A stretch of DNA of 64,000 nucleotides, taken from NCBI GenBank assembly GCA_043228905.1, contig JBHGNT010000013.1, forward strand, positions 14,446,001 through 14,510,000, written 5' to 3'. A program made the position numbers and the translations under genes. The notes beneath the pieces are model-generated. The model had not been told where the DNA came from. It saw only the letters and a list, made by a program, of their open reading frames with translations, and searched no databases. This document shows positions 49,749 to 64,000 of the stretch, in pieces. The stretch's first letter is position 1; the number at the start of each line of letters is the position of its first letter. The DNA comes from Azolla caroliniana. Taxonomy: Eukaryota; Plantae; Polypodiophyta.

Positions 49749-51058
49749 AGTACGATATATGTAAGGTGTGAAGTTTGAAACTCTTGGTATTACAAAAACG
49801 CCTCACTCATAAATGAATCTATTGATACATCATTAGGCAACTGATAAAGCAAAATATATGGTTTTTTGTAATTACGTGTGAAATATGCAATATAAAGTGT
49901 TAAGCTTGAGCCTGCATCGTTATCTCATGCTGTGATACATTGACATTGGAAAAAGGCCTCTCAGAAGAATCTATTGATGCATCAGAATACAAATGTATTG
50001 AAATTAACTTTTGAGACCATTTTCCTATTTCCTACATCCAACCAAAACACAAGTTTACTTTCATGTATTGTGAAACTATTTTGTTTGTCCCATATGCTAT
50101 TTTCATACTTACATATGTATTTGAAGACCCTTTATACAGTCTGTAAAGCGAATTCACCTTACAAAATAAAAGTACAGATATATGGCATTTCTTGCTTGAC
50201 TTGTTAAAACTTTATAAAAAATGCTCATATAGACGTTTTCAAACTCTTTCGAAATGAAGCACCATATTTTCACCCCATAAAGAAGTACCAATATCATGAC
50301 TTAACTTTTAAATTCGAAACCATTTGAGTGTTCTTAAAAGCACAATACATAAGTAAGAATACAATGAGTTGAGGTTACTGTTAGTGTGACACTAAAGTTA
50401 TAACAATTCCAATTGATCATAAATGTACTTGATGTGATTGATATTGAATCCAATGTCTTTGGTGAGCAAAAAAAACCAGTCTTTAACCATGGAAAACATT
50501 TCTTCTTATATTTATAAGCAACATACAAAATTGTTGTACTTATGAATGTAAGAAAAGAATGGGTATACTAAATGTTCCTAAGTATGCTTTTGATTAATAC
50601 ATTGAGCTCATTCAAAATAAGCTGCAATAACGTAACATAAACTTTTGGGTACAGAGTTTACAAATGGGATACAAGATAATCCCATAAAATGCAATGATCC
50701 ACCTGCTAAACAAATTCTAGGTACCACCACTTAGTGGACTCCTGTGTTTCTTAATATCAACAAGAGGCTGCATAGGAGCTCTAGGTGCCCCTACAGCTTA
50801 ACACTTAATACATATGAATTTGACTTGCCAGAGCAGTTGGATTACATCGGGATGAAAGGGCTCTTTTGAGTTATGCGAATGTCACAGTGATTGTGTAGCA
50901 AATACATTCACATCCACCCAAAAATTCACTCAAATGGTTGCACTGTACACTTCTTGATCTCATTATATCTCTATTCATAGATCTGGATATTCATACAAAC
51001 TGCATGGCAAGTTTGAAAATGTGGTATTTATAATTTCTTCCATCCCTCAAATAAATCT

Positions 51059-54000
51059 TCATTGAGACGTCCTTTGTATCAACTCAAACCACTGTAAATT
51101 TTAAAATCACTTATTAATAATAGGTTTTCCATATAACCAGTGACATCATTTATTAATAATATATGCCAAGGCTTAAAAGGCAATGTTATGTCCCATTTAT
51201 ATGTACAATGAAGTTAAATGCATTATTGATTTGAAAAGCCAGGTTATGTTCCAGTTATACTGACAGAATGTTATCACATTATTGGCCGATAAGGAGAAAA
51301 TTACCTGACGTAGGAGGTCAACAAGCGTTCGAGGAAGTTCCTCGATGTTTCTCAAAAGAATGTAATATGGAAACGGGAAACTATCAATGTACTTTGAAAA
51401 TGTAGGTGTTCCACCATTGAATGTCACTGACTGCATAAGGATGATGTACAGAACCCATCAGTTCAAAAATATGCTTCTCATAAATGAAAGATGACAAAGC
51501 ATTTCAATATAACCATACCTGGACATCCATGATAGACTCATGCATATTGTCGAGTACAATAAATGCTACCATTTGCCCTCGAGAAACAGCTTCCCGAATA
51601 CAACGACGAAGAGTTTCCTAAAACAATTAAAAACATAATAAATAACCAAAAGGGTGTAAACAATCTAACTCTTGTAGAGTTGGGGTATGTGGAAACGGGG
51701 ATGACAGGTTATGTATGCACTGAAGAGAAAACTATATTAATCAACTAAAGATCATCAATTGAACACAATGGGCCAAGTGGGTCTTATATACAAGTACTCA
51801 AGGGATTGCCACATTACATGTAGTTGGTGGAATCTACACATAGATATCCAGTTGAGTATGATTCTGTCATAAGAATATCTAATATTCTTTGACCACATTT
51901 ACACTTGACAACTAGCTAGATATCACAATCTAGTTCTTCGTGTAACTAGATAGTTCACATGGATTGCAAGAAAGTGTGTAGGCACACTTTTTCACACATT
52001 GTGCTTTTCTTCATAAACACATGTTCACACGAGAAAGCTCAAACCTTTTCATGAAATCGCCCATCAGCTATGATTAAAACAAGTTGACGAAGTTGATGGT
52101 GTCCAGAGGGCCTAGTAGAAGACTTTGAAACAACATCTAGCATACATGTCAAATATTGCAGCAGATCAACCATTGGTTCATCAGCTATTGTGTTGTCTTG
52201 CCTGAATGTAAATTGTGAAATCATCTGGAATATAAAATAGAATACTATTAAATTAAAGATTAGTCTGAATGAGCTATAATTGATCAAGACTGAAAGAAAA
52301 CTTACCTCAATTCCAACTTCCGAAGAAAAGGGAGTATCAAAATCTTGTAGAATTTTCACATTTCCCTTCTGTCCAAAGCTAGCAACAGCCATTTGTCCAA
52401 CTTCTAATGTAGACATGGCCCTACAGATTGTGATCAATGCTTCAAGAGCCATATGGCCACAATGACTTTCAGACATACTTCTTGAGTCATCAATCGCAAG
52501 AACTACTTGATACTGTCTTTTACTTGGCTTTGTCCGCCTCAGCCAAATCTTGTCCTTCCGGAATTTGCTTGCAATGTATGGAATTACCTGATGGAAAGCA
52601 AATGTTACCTCCACTTTTGCAGTAATTCATAAGCCACTTTATTTATTCACCCATACCTTTTTCAGATTGATCCTTTTCCCTGTCCTGTAATCCCCTTCAA
52701 GTCTTGCTGCTAATGTAGGTTCCATGATGAGTCGGAGTTGCTCACTCAATTCTTGTGAAAGTCGGGATGTTATCTGCTCATATTTAAACCAAATGACCCT
52801 TGCTTTATCATAGCTTTGTGAAATTTCTTGCAGATTAGCCTCTAACTCCTTTCTGATAATGTGAACATCTAAACAGCGTGCTTCTACATTCAGAAGACTT
52901 AAAGTGCCACTTTCAGGAGTCACATTATCATGTTTTGTAGACACGTAGCTTTCAAGACGGTCTGTAGTTCTGTCATTCTCTGGCTGATTTTTATCCTTTT
53001 CAGTGTCCTCATTAGAGATATTATGAATTTCTTCCATTACCGTTGTTTCCACATGAGTTTCTGTTTTGGTTTTTGAGATATTTTGCATCCTCTTTTCCAG
53101 TGTCCTATTGTCTTGTTCTTCCTCTTGCATGGTGTCCATCATTGATACATCATCCTTTGAATATGATGCATCCTTTGTTTCTTGATCGGACTGTTCTGGG
53201 ATATTTTCTTCTGCTTGATCAGCAGTAGCTGATCCAAGGGCCTGTGCAGTGCTGGCTTGATTGTCTTCCACATACTGGTAATCATTTCCTTCTTCAACTG
53301 ACATATCTTCCAGCTGAACATCTGTGTCAGATTCCATGTTCCCTGCATCTTTTACAAGGACTCTTTCCTTCCATTCCTTCAATGCATCTCCTAGGCTTCT
53401 TAGAGGGTTCGCATCAAGTCCAACACTTCTCTTCGTTTCCATCTCACTTGCTGACGATGAGTTATCTGTTTTCTGACCATCAGCAGCTTCACCAGTTAGC
53501 TGTTCCCCATCACTAGTCATCAAAGATGATCCAGTGTTGATCTGGGAATTTTCCTCCTGGAGTGCAGATGATTGTGACAAATCTGTTGGAAACACAGATG
53601 GAGATTCTATCATCAAATTCTGTGGTTTGCTCGGTTCTCTGACATCATTTGCATTAGCACCTTGAATGTTGCAAACCTCTGACATTTGCCCTGATTTTGG
53701 TTCTCCAGAATCTTGATTTCCACAATCTTCATCCTGGGATTTGACTTCTTCAGTGTTTTCCACTGAATGTGAATCAGACTTTTCTTGATGCGTTTCAGCA
53801 ATTGTGTCTTCCAAACCTTCTTGATGATGTTCATCACTTACTTCTAGATCTCTTTGCTTATGATCGTCAACTTCCATCTCATCAGTCCGATCTTCCACAT
53901 CATCAGCAGTTGTCTCAACACCCTCCTCATTGTCTGAATTATGTCCATCGTTAAGCTCTGTAGGCTCAACAGATGGTTCCACTCCACTTGGGGGTTCATA

Positions 54001-57000
54001 TGCATCTTCTTTATCCAGCGACAAGTTTTCAAGTTCATCTTCAACTTTCTCATCAATATTTTTATCCAATGAACTTTCTAGACAACTCTGATCATGGTTT
54101 TGTTTTTTCTCATCTTCCTCATGGCTTTCTGATGCCTTATCATCATTAGATTCTTTGGCTCGAAGCTCTAAATCATCCACAATACTTTGAACAGATGCCC
54201 CAGTTTCATATTTCTCTTGTGCGTCATTCTCTAGTTCATCGCCATCATTTGTCCAGAGTTTTTCATCCAGGATATCCTCGTTCTCACCATTGTCCCCCAT
54301 TTTGGACTCTAGCTTCTGATCAGTATCATCATTATCATCTTCATCATTATTCTCATCTGATTCACTCTGGCTGACATCCATCAGCTCACCTTCAAAATCA
54401 TCATTCATCTCAATGCCTTTTGAGGTGTCTGTTTTGTCTGTCTGTGTGTTCTGCTCTTCTACCCCCTGCACAAAGGTAGCTTAATTTACAATTTCAACAG
54501 AAAATTTCCTGAAGGTTATGTATTTACATTGGCACATACCTTTTGTGAACTACCAAGCAGCTGTTCCTCATCTTCTATCTCATTACTAACGTCCGTTCTT
54601 CCCTCTCCTTCACCCATACCAGTCCCATGAGCATCTTTCTCATCGCAAGCATTCTCCTCCACTTCATCATGTCTCTTGCAAAATCCATCTTTATACAAGG
54701 TGCAGAATATATTGGATAGTATGTACGACAACTTGGATATCTGAAAAAGGCAGTGAGTTATTATATAAAAAACTACAAGATGCACAAGCAAGTGGATGAT
54801 GCATGAGAAGATACAAAAATGGTTGCAAGCATTGTTGCCTGCCCTATAGCAATCTTACATTATTGAAATAGAGGTATCTCAAGATGAATTCTAGCACAGG
54901 AGGCATGTACAGCCTAAGCAGTAATAAAGCTAGAAAATTATAATAAAACCCCAAAGACAGAAAAAGATGTCCAATTTTACCCTAAACGCCTATAATTTCC
55001 ATAAATGAATACTACGAATTTGAGATGATATGCTAGACAGCACAAACTGTGGAGGACGCTACTTACTACTCTAGGATTTTCAATTCTTAAGTTGTAAAAG
55101 GAATTATATTGTAGCCCTTCAGTTGTTTTGTACTTAGTCCTTTAAAAATAATGCAGAGGTCATACTTGTTTTGTATACTGAAAAAGCCAGGTCATACTAT
55201 AATTACCTTTACTAGCTTCAGAATGAAACACAAACACATCTATTATGAAATCTGGTAAGAATTTGACCCAAAAGAAAGTACAATATGCCTGGTAATATAC
55301 TGAAGCATTTTTGCATTGTAAATGCCATTATATCTTCAAAAATTAGAAAAAACCACATAATGCTACAGGAATCAGGTGCATATCATGGAGAGATTGTTCA
55401 AGGCAGGAGATCAAGATATTCACTTACAGATTTATGAAATTTTATATAATCAATAAAGATGGTTAACCCAGCAGCAGTTATGAACTTCAACAACCCAGCT
55501 ATAATTACAAAATCTTTCTTCAGTAATAATATTCCTGTCACATCCTTGGATCTTATTTGTCGAACCTACATGTTGGAAAATAGCATAATCAAAGGATTAA
55601 TGCAGCTTAAACTACAAGTAGTTAATCATTATGCATTAAACTAAACTGATGAAGCTTACACCAATCGTGATTGTTGAAACAACACTTGCGTAAAGCTTTT
55701 CGAGCCGAAGAGCTAACATTTGGTCCTCTAGCAGAGAGGCCCAAGATTGTATGGTTTCACATTGTGTGGTCATGGACGTTACATCCATGTCCTGAGAAAG
55801 ACTTCCCATTTCAATAAATTTTGAAGCTATTCTGTCCTTTAGTCTGGTAAGTTCTTGCACAGAAAGAAGCACTTCAGATAATAGCTTTTCCCGTTGCATC
55901 TCATATTCACCATCTGACCTTGACCATTTCCCAAGATTTGCTGATTCACAGTTTTTCAGTTGCTTCTCAAAGTTTTCAGACATAATCATACCCTATATCA
56001 TGAAAACAGATATAAAAAGTTACAATTAAGATAAACTTATCTTACATGCCAAATGGTTTCAAAATTACCTGCCCAATTTCGTGACAGAGTGGATTCATTC
56101 CAGGAGAATTCAACTTGTGTTGATTAAGTAGGTTGTCCGTAATGACCTTTGCTTCTCTTATAGATGAAAAGTTATCATATATTAACTTTTCCACACTAGG
56201 TGTGATAAAAACCGGCCAGGATGACTTCAATTCATTAGTACAGAACAGTTGAATGCCAGAGACAAGAACTGTGTCAATCTTGCTCTGAAAACAATAGATC
56301 ATGATTCTACATGAGGTTACGAAACACATGAAAATGCAAATAAATTGAAGGTAGAAATAAACCTTGCAGGAACTCAAGATGGACATGACATTCTCAACAG
56401 CATGTTTTATGGATGTTAGCTTAGTTGGACCAGCCACCTGAGGGCCGTCTTGAAAAGGTTTTGCCTTTTTATAAAAGATCAATGTCTCAGTACACGTGTT
56501 ACTAATAGAGTCCAGAAATTCCTGCACAAAGTGTCCATGATTAATTAAGTTTATCAATAAGCTAAGCTGATGCACTTTATATAATTTCAGTACCTTTTGC
56601 ATCCATAACCAGCTCCGTAAGCAATCTGACTCCCCTAAGTGAAATTCCCCACTATCCAGCTTGCCTAAACAAACATGAATGCAATTTCAATGCAACAGAA
56701 AGAAAGATATATATATTAACAGAATATGAAAACATTTCCAGTCCAGTTCTCTGAAAGGAAATATGCTTCAGTATGATTAACAAAAGTGTTTCTTTTATTT
56801 TTGAATCCTGTCACCATGTCTTCAATGCTTGCAATGAAATTCTTGGATAGGATTCTTCGTTTTTAACAAACATGTTTACACTAATAAGTGAATCATCTAC
56901 ATCTATCCTCAGTCGAATGAATATGCTATCCGAGGAATTCTTCAACCCAAGTCAGTTAAAAAGGCTCAAAATCTATAGTTGTGCGATATAGTAGTTCAAT

Positions 57001-60000
57001 CATCTGAATGAAAAGCCAAATGTGTTTTTAGTCTATGCGTAAATGCTGTCTGAGCCAGATCTCCTCATCATATATAGTTCAATCATCTGAATGAAAAGCC
57101 AAATTTGTTTTCAGTCTGAGCCGGATCTAATAATCCTCTTCATTGATATCATGTCTGGTGCAAAAACTCATAGTTACCTCTCTTTATCAATTGTTGGTGT
57201 GCCAAAGCAAGTTGGCATGCCTGAGAACTTAGATTTTATTTAATGGAACATTAGTCCAATAGATAAATGACTCATAGTTCAATTCATGCGCAGTTTATTG
57301 TGGTCAAACTAAATAAACAATTCCCTCTTCTACAATTATGAAGTTGAAAATGTAACATACCAAAGTCACTAACTTGCCATACAGCATTCTGAAGACGAAC
57401 CAACTTCAGAGCAAATTCATCAGCGAAGCACCGCTGTCTCAGCTGGATGTAGAGTGCATGTTCCATGTATGCTGTTGATGTCCTTACCTTCACAATCACT
57501 ATATTTAGGATCTCATTTTTCCCTCAGAATTCTATCGCCAAGGAAAAACAATGACATAAATCATACCTCATGAAGAGTTAGATCTTTATGATAATTCAAT
57601 GCCTGAACTCTTAGCTTCTGCATAAGCGCAAGGTTCTTGTAGTAATAATCCTGTGCTCTTTTCCATAAACAAGAAATGTCCTCCAGTCCAACAATCACAA
57701 GTCCCCCAGTTCCTTCTAGGAATTCTTGGTCAACAATATAATCGGTCCAAAACTCAAGCAATTCACTGATTCTACAAACTGGCTGCTCGATCCAGTACTT
57801 GGCTGTCCTATGTTCCTGCAGGACCAGTATTAAATGTAATAAAATATTTAAGATGAACTACGAACATGATTTGCTGTCAAGAAAACGCGTGAAAAGACCT
57901 TTGGAACAGCAGATTTGAGATGGGATATGCCAAGATTCCTCAGAGTCTTCAGGAGGTCTACAAGGGACTTCTTTTTTACCATTGTTTTCTTCTCATGTTC
58001 CTGTAATTCAGCACTTCGGACTATCACAGTCTTCCCAAGATCCTCAAATTCAGAAGCTGCTCTTTGGCGAAGACTGGAAGCAAGCTCTGCAAAAACACTA
58101 TTGTTAAGTAAACTCCAGAACTGTGGCAGCAAAGACGGGAGCCTATTGAAGTATGATTCAATTTTAATATCTGCAAAAAAGCCACAATGAGTCAATTATA
58201 CAAATGATCATATATTTACATTTCTACTTGAAGTTTCTTTCAGTCAAGGAAAATGTACCAAGTTCATCAGAATGGCAAGAAACTCTGCTTAAAGAATGAA
58301 TATCCTGCATTTTATTATGGAAAAAGGACTGCAATGTTTGACAGAAGCTCCTGCAAAACATTAAATAAATTGCTCAACATGACAGCCAACCTTGAACTTA
58401 GATATGAAAAATAATTACTACTGTGCTTACATTGTGTTCAATGTACTCCCTAAAGAAACAATGCCTTCATTTCCTTCCTTTCCAGTATGGTCCGAAGCAT
58501 TCTCTTGCTCACCGAAAGAAGTCATCAAATTAACAGCATCTCCTGATTGGTTTTTTTCTAATATTATCATTAGTGCAGGTCTGCCAAGCAATGTCTGAAG
58601 CATCATAAGAAAGATGTGTTACACTACTCCCTGAAAATCCTTAGTCCAGCGCTTTTGACTATTTCACCAGCAGTGATAAGCACTTTCTTTTTAGAAAGAG
58701 TATTGAATATTTGTTCCCTTTTGGGATTAGCATGAATATGCAAATGCAGTGTACTTAATTTTACAGAGCTTATATGAGCTATGTATTAAAAGCCCTAAAA
58801 ACTGCACGAGATCACACCATACTGGTTTGCATTATAAAAGGTATATTGATCCTACCATACTTCTCATTAAAAGGTTTGCATCAATGTGTAAACACTCATT
58901 ATAGGTGTCTTTCCACCTATACTAGTCTGCATAGATATATAAACTCTCATTATAAAGGTTTGCATCAATATTTAAAGGCTCAGGAATATGCTATCAAAAG
59001 CACGACAAAACTTTGACAAATGCTTTCAAGCTACCTGTACAATGCTTCACAAGAAGAGCATATCATAATTCATTGCTTCCCTAGAAGGTTATTACGTCAA
59101 TATAACTTGCGAACATAAAACAAGTAGACAAAATATATCAATGAGGATATTCACATCCTCAATAATGGAAATTTTCATATTAACCAATACTAGTCTTTTA
59201 CAGGAAAAACAGTTAGAATGCTACCTTGTATTTCTTCACCAATTTAAAGACCCTTTTATGCATACTGTCTGCAGATGAAACCAAAGAGTAATAGCTCCGT
59301 TCATCCCACTTGTGCAACTTTATAAAATCCTGCAGCTCCTTACTTATACTACTACGTTCTGCAGCAGCATGCTCTGCTATCCTAAAAAATTTCAGCACCA
59401 ACATTTATAGCATCAAAATCCCTTGTCAGGAATAATGACAGAACTAAGATTAATTCCAGCTGTCTTGAAAAGCTTACTGCGGTAGAAATTGAGAATAGTA
59501 TTTGATGATGTTCGTAAGAATCCTTGAGATATTATCTGTGCCAGAACTGCATTGGCATTCCATTGAAAAACATTACTAACATACTATAGGACTTGGGATC
59601 AAATATGTATTATATGCACTGTGACCTACAAAAAAAATACAAAGTCTAAAAAGGACCAGAAAACCACGACATAGAAGAACGAAAGAAAGATATATTAATG
59701 TCTTTTAAGAGGAAAAATGGCCAATAAGACCAAACAAGAGATTACATCATAAGTGTTATCTCGTCTTTAAGAACAAAAAAATAAAATAAATATTACTCAG
59801 CAAATATAAAAGTAAATACGATTAAAAGAGACGAGGGGATCTAGTTTTCAGCACATGTGAGATTCTCAAGTTAGATATATTATAACTTTTGTCTTCAAAA
59901 GATCTCTAGTATAGGTAGATCCAGAATGGAGAGATCTCCGACGCAAAGGAAGCACCTGCGATGGCAAGAGATAATGGCCTTTATTTGTCAATGACAAGGA

Positions 60001-63000
60001 CGTTGAGGTCGTGGTCCATGAGGCCAAGGCCTACATGACAAATTGCTATTGCCCAATCTATTGTAACCCCGTTGTTATGTCCTGGTTGGGAGCCCATTTG
60101 TGTATCCCTTGATTGACTTGTAGCATTAGTAGGAGTGATGGGGCTAAAGAAAGTTGTGATTGTTCTTGTGGATGAGCTTGTGTGGCTGTATTATTGTCTT
60201 TCAACAACTTTTACTTATGTCTCTTGAGTTCTAGCAAGAAAAGTCATATTCCATTACCTTGCGTAACAGGCCAAAGCATTGTTTAAAGAGGCAATGGTAT
60301 CTCCCTTTGATTTCATAAAAGACACTATAGTGACAAACATAGTGTTCTTCGGATTCCACTCCTTTTAGAGGTATTTGTGTATATATGCCTACCTCAATCT
60401 CTAACTGATGTGATGAAATTCACAGCTGCCCTATCACACTGTGCAACACATAGGATAGATGCATGTCCATATAAGGTGGCCTGATGATGAACCCATCCTA
60501 TGATGTGTGTACAAAGTGTCTTGTAGTGGGCCATCTTCGTACGAGTGATATTTTGGGGTGTTATTTTGTTTTCGGAGTAAATAATATCAGTTTGGGTCAG
60601 TCTATTCTTTTCCACTTTGGTCATATTTAGATGGGGAGAGTCCAAGCTATATTGAAACGGGGGTAGTGCATTTATACTTATGCCATGTGACTCGAACCAT
60701 TGCTGCATTTCAGCATACCATTTTCAGCCAGTTGTCTTGATTACATAAGTGCCAACCTTGGGTAACTTCATTTAGGGACCTCCCAAAGACGTTGGATACA
60801 TGTCATTGATCAAAACAATGCCTCAGTCATTATAGGTGTTGCTCCCATCTCTGCCTGGATTATATCATGGGGCACCGATGCTTTGCTCCTTATCATGTGG
60901 GCAATCATTAACACTAAAGGTCCCTCTTAATCTTTGCAATGATTTGCCTTGTTAAGACTCAGTCCCCACATTTTTACTCCATAGAGAAGAGTTGGTGTGA
61001 CAAGTGTATCAAATAACAACAACAGTTGACTTCTTGACTCTTGGAGCTGCAAATTTGAACATTATCTCTAGAGAGCACCAAGCACTGCATATCCACAAGA
61101 AAGTCAGGCACAAGCAACCTTCTGTAAGGAACTCCTAGTATGTGTAGGAGCGCGTGTATTCCAACTTTTCATCTCACAAGAAGATTTCTGGTTCTGATCT
61201 TGTTACCCATGCTTGAGTGGTGTTAACACCTTTACTTGAGTTTTAGATTATTCCTATATATTTGCAGTCCTTCTGGAGAGTCAGATCAGCACAATGTCAT
61301 CAGCATACAGTAATCAGTATGGTTATACTCACCAAGCATTCTCTACGCCGCCAAATTTCTATGTAATGTGATATCTCCTCAACATACCAACCCAAGAGAG
61401 TAAGTGATAGAAGGCATGCTTGTTTTACTCCATTTGTGCGAGTCCACAGCCTCAACAACCTATTGGAGATTACAATTTTCCTGATATAGAGACACCAAGG
61501 GCTTGTGGTCACTGCACAAAACAGAATGTGGTAGTTTTGCTTATTTGAAATCCACAAAGCAACAATAGATCCTCTTTCTATTGGTTCTGCCGTTCCCAAT
61601 AAGGGCTTGGAGGGTCAATATGTGATCCAAAGTCATGACAGCCATTTATCTCTGCCCATACACTCAACTCTGACTACAACCAAGTAATCGCCAATCATGA
61701 TTGCCCTATAATTGCATCATGGGATCTCCACCCTTGAAGATTGGCACACATTGTATGCTCAGTCAAGCTAGTAGGAAGCCTTCACATATAGCACTATCAG
61801 AGATGTATGCTAGGAACTGGAACAAGGTTTCATGGGCACAGATAAAGTGCTTACCAACATCAATCATGATCCTGAAACTTTAAAAACTGTAACCGATCTT
61901 TCCAAATTCATACATTTTGTGAAGTCAAAAAGATGGATTAATTTGGGCATGAGCCATGTGGGAGTGATAGTGGGGACTGCTGAGGATATTCTATAGTACC
62001 TTAGCATATTCGTGCCACCACTGGGAACAGTCAGTCATGTGGTACATTGCCTCTCATTAAACATTTTCCATGCTCATTTACTTTCATGTCCTAGGAACAA
62101 GCAATACAGGTGTATCCTAGGAACATTAAATATGATCTCTTCATCTTCCTCACAAGACATTGGAAGGTTTTTCTTGCTTGTTTGTGCGTACAAATTCCCC
62201 AAGCTACTTAACATTGCAGGTGTGTCCTTGTAAATAAAGAAGGAAAGACTGCAACATCTGTATATAAGACCAAACAAGAGTTTACTTCTTAATTTTCTGT
62301 TTTGAAAATCAGGAAGTGAAACATTTATTGTCTATTTTTAATTCAAACATCTCTTGGAAAGAATCTCTTGCTTCATAGAAAAACGGAAATGAAGTATACT
62401 CGCATCAGAATTATATATATAATGATAAAAAGTAAGAAAGACAACACTTCATTGTAATAGAATTAGCAAAGAGAATAACTTGTTTTACCTTTTTAGAATG
62501 TAAAATTCACCACAAAAACCCATCAGGATTTCCAACCGCTTCTTATATTCTCCTAATGTCGATGTTTGCATATACTCCTCCAGACTGCAATAAGGACAAA
62601 CACACGATGAAAATGAATATATGCCATATAGAATTAATGGCAAAACAAAACACATCTCTTCTAGGGTACCTCGCAATTGTAGGTTCCAGTTCGCACTCTG
62701 AACTTAATCCAGAAGCTGGATGCAGCACTTTATACAATGGAAACCATAACTGCAGGAACATTATATAAAACTAAGAAAGGGTTCATCCTGAAACGATCCT
62801 ATATTCAGAGTACCGATGTAAACAGACAAGGGTTGCAAACTGCAAGTTGCTTACCTTATCAGCTTGAGTCTCACATTCAAGTTCCACCTTTTCGAGCAAA
62901 ACAGTCCAGTATTGGAGCTCAAACCTTCTCCATCGTGACACCAAGTATTGTAAACCATCCAAGATCACTACAGAATTGAAAGTATTAGGCCCAAAGAATA

Positions 63001-63597
63001 TAATTAAAATAAGACATTCGTACACAGTGGCATAAAAAAGCATTTCCTTGTTCTCAAATTACCAGCTAATGACAAATGCTTTGGAGAATTCTCCTCCCAT
63101 AACTGAGCTTTTGAAAGAAGATGCTCTACTCCAGTCAAGGCCTGCCAATATTTAAAATCAGTTTGGGGTCTGACCAATAATGGTACACGTCAAGAATTCC
63201 AGTAATCTATATTAACCTTCATGAGAGGAACAGTAATGGGTAGAGATAGCAGAGCTTGTACACCACGCATTAGCTGAAGCAGAGAAGGTTGGTCTGGCCA
63301 CTCAGCAAGAAGTTCAGAGATTCTGTCTTTTAAGCTTGCCAATGGATTCAAAAGACATGCCAGTTCTACTGGACATGCATCCTGTAAAAAAATTCAATGA
63401 TCTTGTAACGAATTTTTAATTTGTGTAAATATTGGTCTTTCCAATTCCAAGTATTAAAGACTACAAACCTGATATATGTTGAAGCTCTTTGCATTTTCGG
63501 CAGGTGTCAAAAGTTTTTCATGCTCCAAAGAAAGCATTAGCATATGAGATGAAATTATTTTCTCATTCACACTTGCTGGGAGTAGAGCTCCTACACC
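51059..63597 (-). CDS. MDN1: Midasin (MDN1/REA1) 3' part: linker, D/E-rich region and C-terminal MIDAS/VWA domain; continues beyond the window
   Basis: Exons include 51059-51091 (stop), 51305-51430, 51519-51617, 52045-52224, 52306-52587, 52657-54465 and 54540-54740, plus many small exons up to ~63597. Motifs GTGMGEGEG, LSQELSEQLRLIMEPTLAARLEGDYRTGKRINLKK, VIPYIASKFRKDKIWLRRTKPSKRQYQVVLAIDDSRSM and FPFPYYILLR. Confidence 0.95.
59680..62230 (-). mobile_element. 5'-truncated LINE in an MDN1 intron (same family as 35400-41768)
   Basis: ORF 60394..60708 [23 protein letters not shown] matches 40672-40750; 62050-62095 matches 37839-37895; the 3' UTR and TTTC-like tail match 41250-41768. Confidence 0.88.
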
Positions 63598-64000
63598 TGA
63601 AATATACGACACATGTATGCTGAAAACATGCTGGAAATTACTGATCATAAAGGAGACATATACACTCCACAAGTAGAATTCTGTTCCTTCAAGCCCATTA
63701 CCCAATATTTCCTAGTTCTCATCACATAGATCTCTTTTGAAAAGGATTGTATCAAATCGCTTAAGTAGACCCTTAGAGAATCATATTCTATTAATCAATT
63801 GTAAAAGTTATGCAGACAGAATGACATATAAACATATACTACAAAAGGCAACCTTCAAGAATAGTTGCCCCTGCATCATATGCAAAAGTAAAAGTACGTA
63901 AGTGTTGCTCATCGGAAATAGCCATCGAATCGAATTCCTGAAATCATGTAGAAAGTGTAACAATTTCAGAATATTAACATTACGAATTTTCAGGATATCA

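Noticed and set aside
52639-54471. Stand-alone 610-aa acidic protein
   Set aside because: It is the large D/E-rich exon of midasin, bounded by AG/GT splice sites.

Overview
Eukaryotic, TE-rich land-plant DNA; a seedless plant such as a fern is my low-confidence guess from TE types and gene structure. Two host genes are present. A complete 11-exon WD40 gene of the PCN/POPCORN (UTP4) type lies on + at 25669-44326, with a 13.4-kb TE-filled intron 9. The 3' part of midasin (MDN1/REA1) lies on - from 51059 to beyond the window end. Nearly everything else is nested mobile DNA. Bases 1181-15375 are a Russian doll whose layers are supported by target-site duplications (TSDs): a solo LTR holding a full-length Ty1/copia, three more solo LTRs, a Sola-like TIR transposon and a chromovirus pol fragment. 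A second full-length copia (15440-21166), MULE/SWIM and Ulp1 remnants, further copia and LINE remnants and two hAT-type non-autonomous elements follow. The most unusual signal is that four otherwise dissimilar TG..CA LTRs each carry a tRNA-like A-box/B-box cassette, antisense and close to the U3 start. One of them is shown to be a chromovirus LTR, and in that case two cassettes form an 86-bp near-perfect inverted repeat. All coordinates were read by eye; no database search was run.
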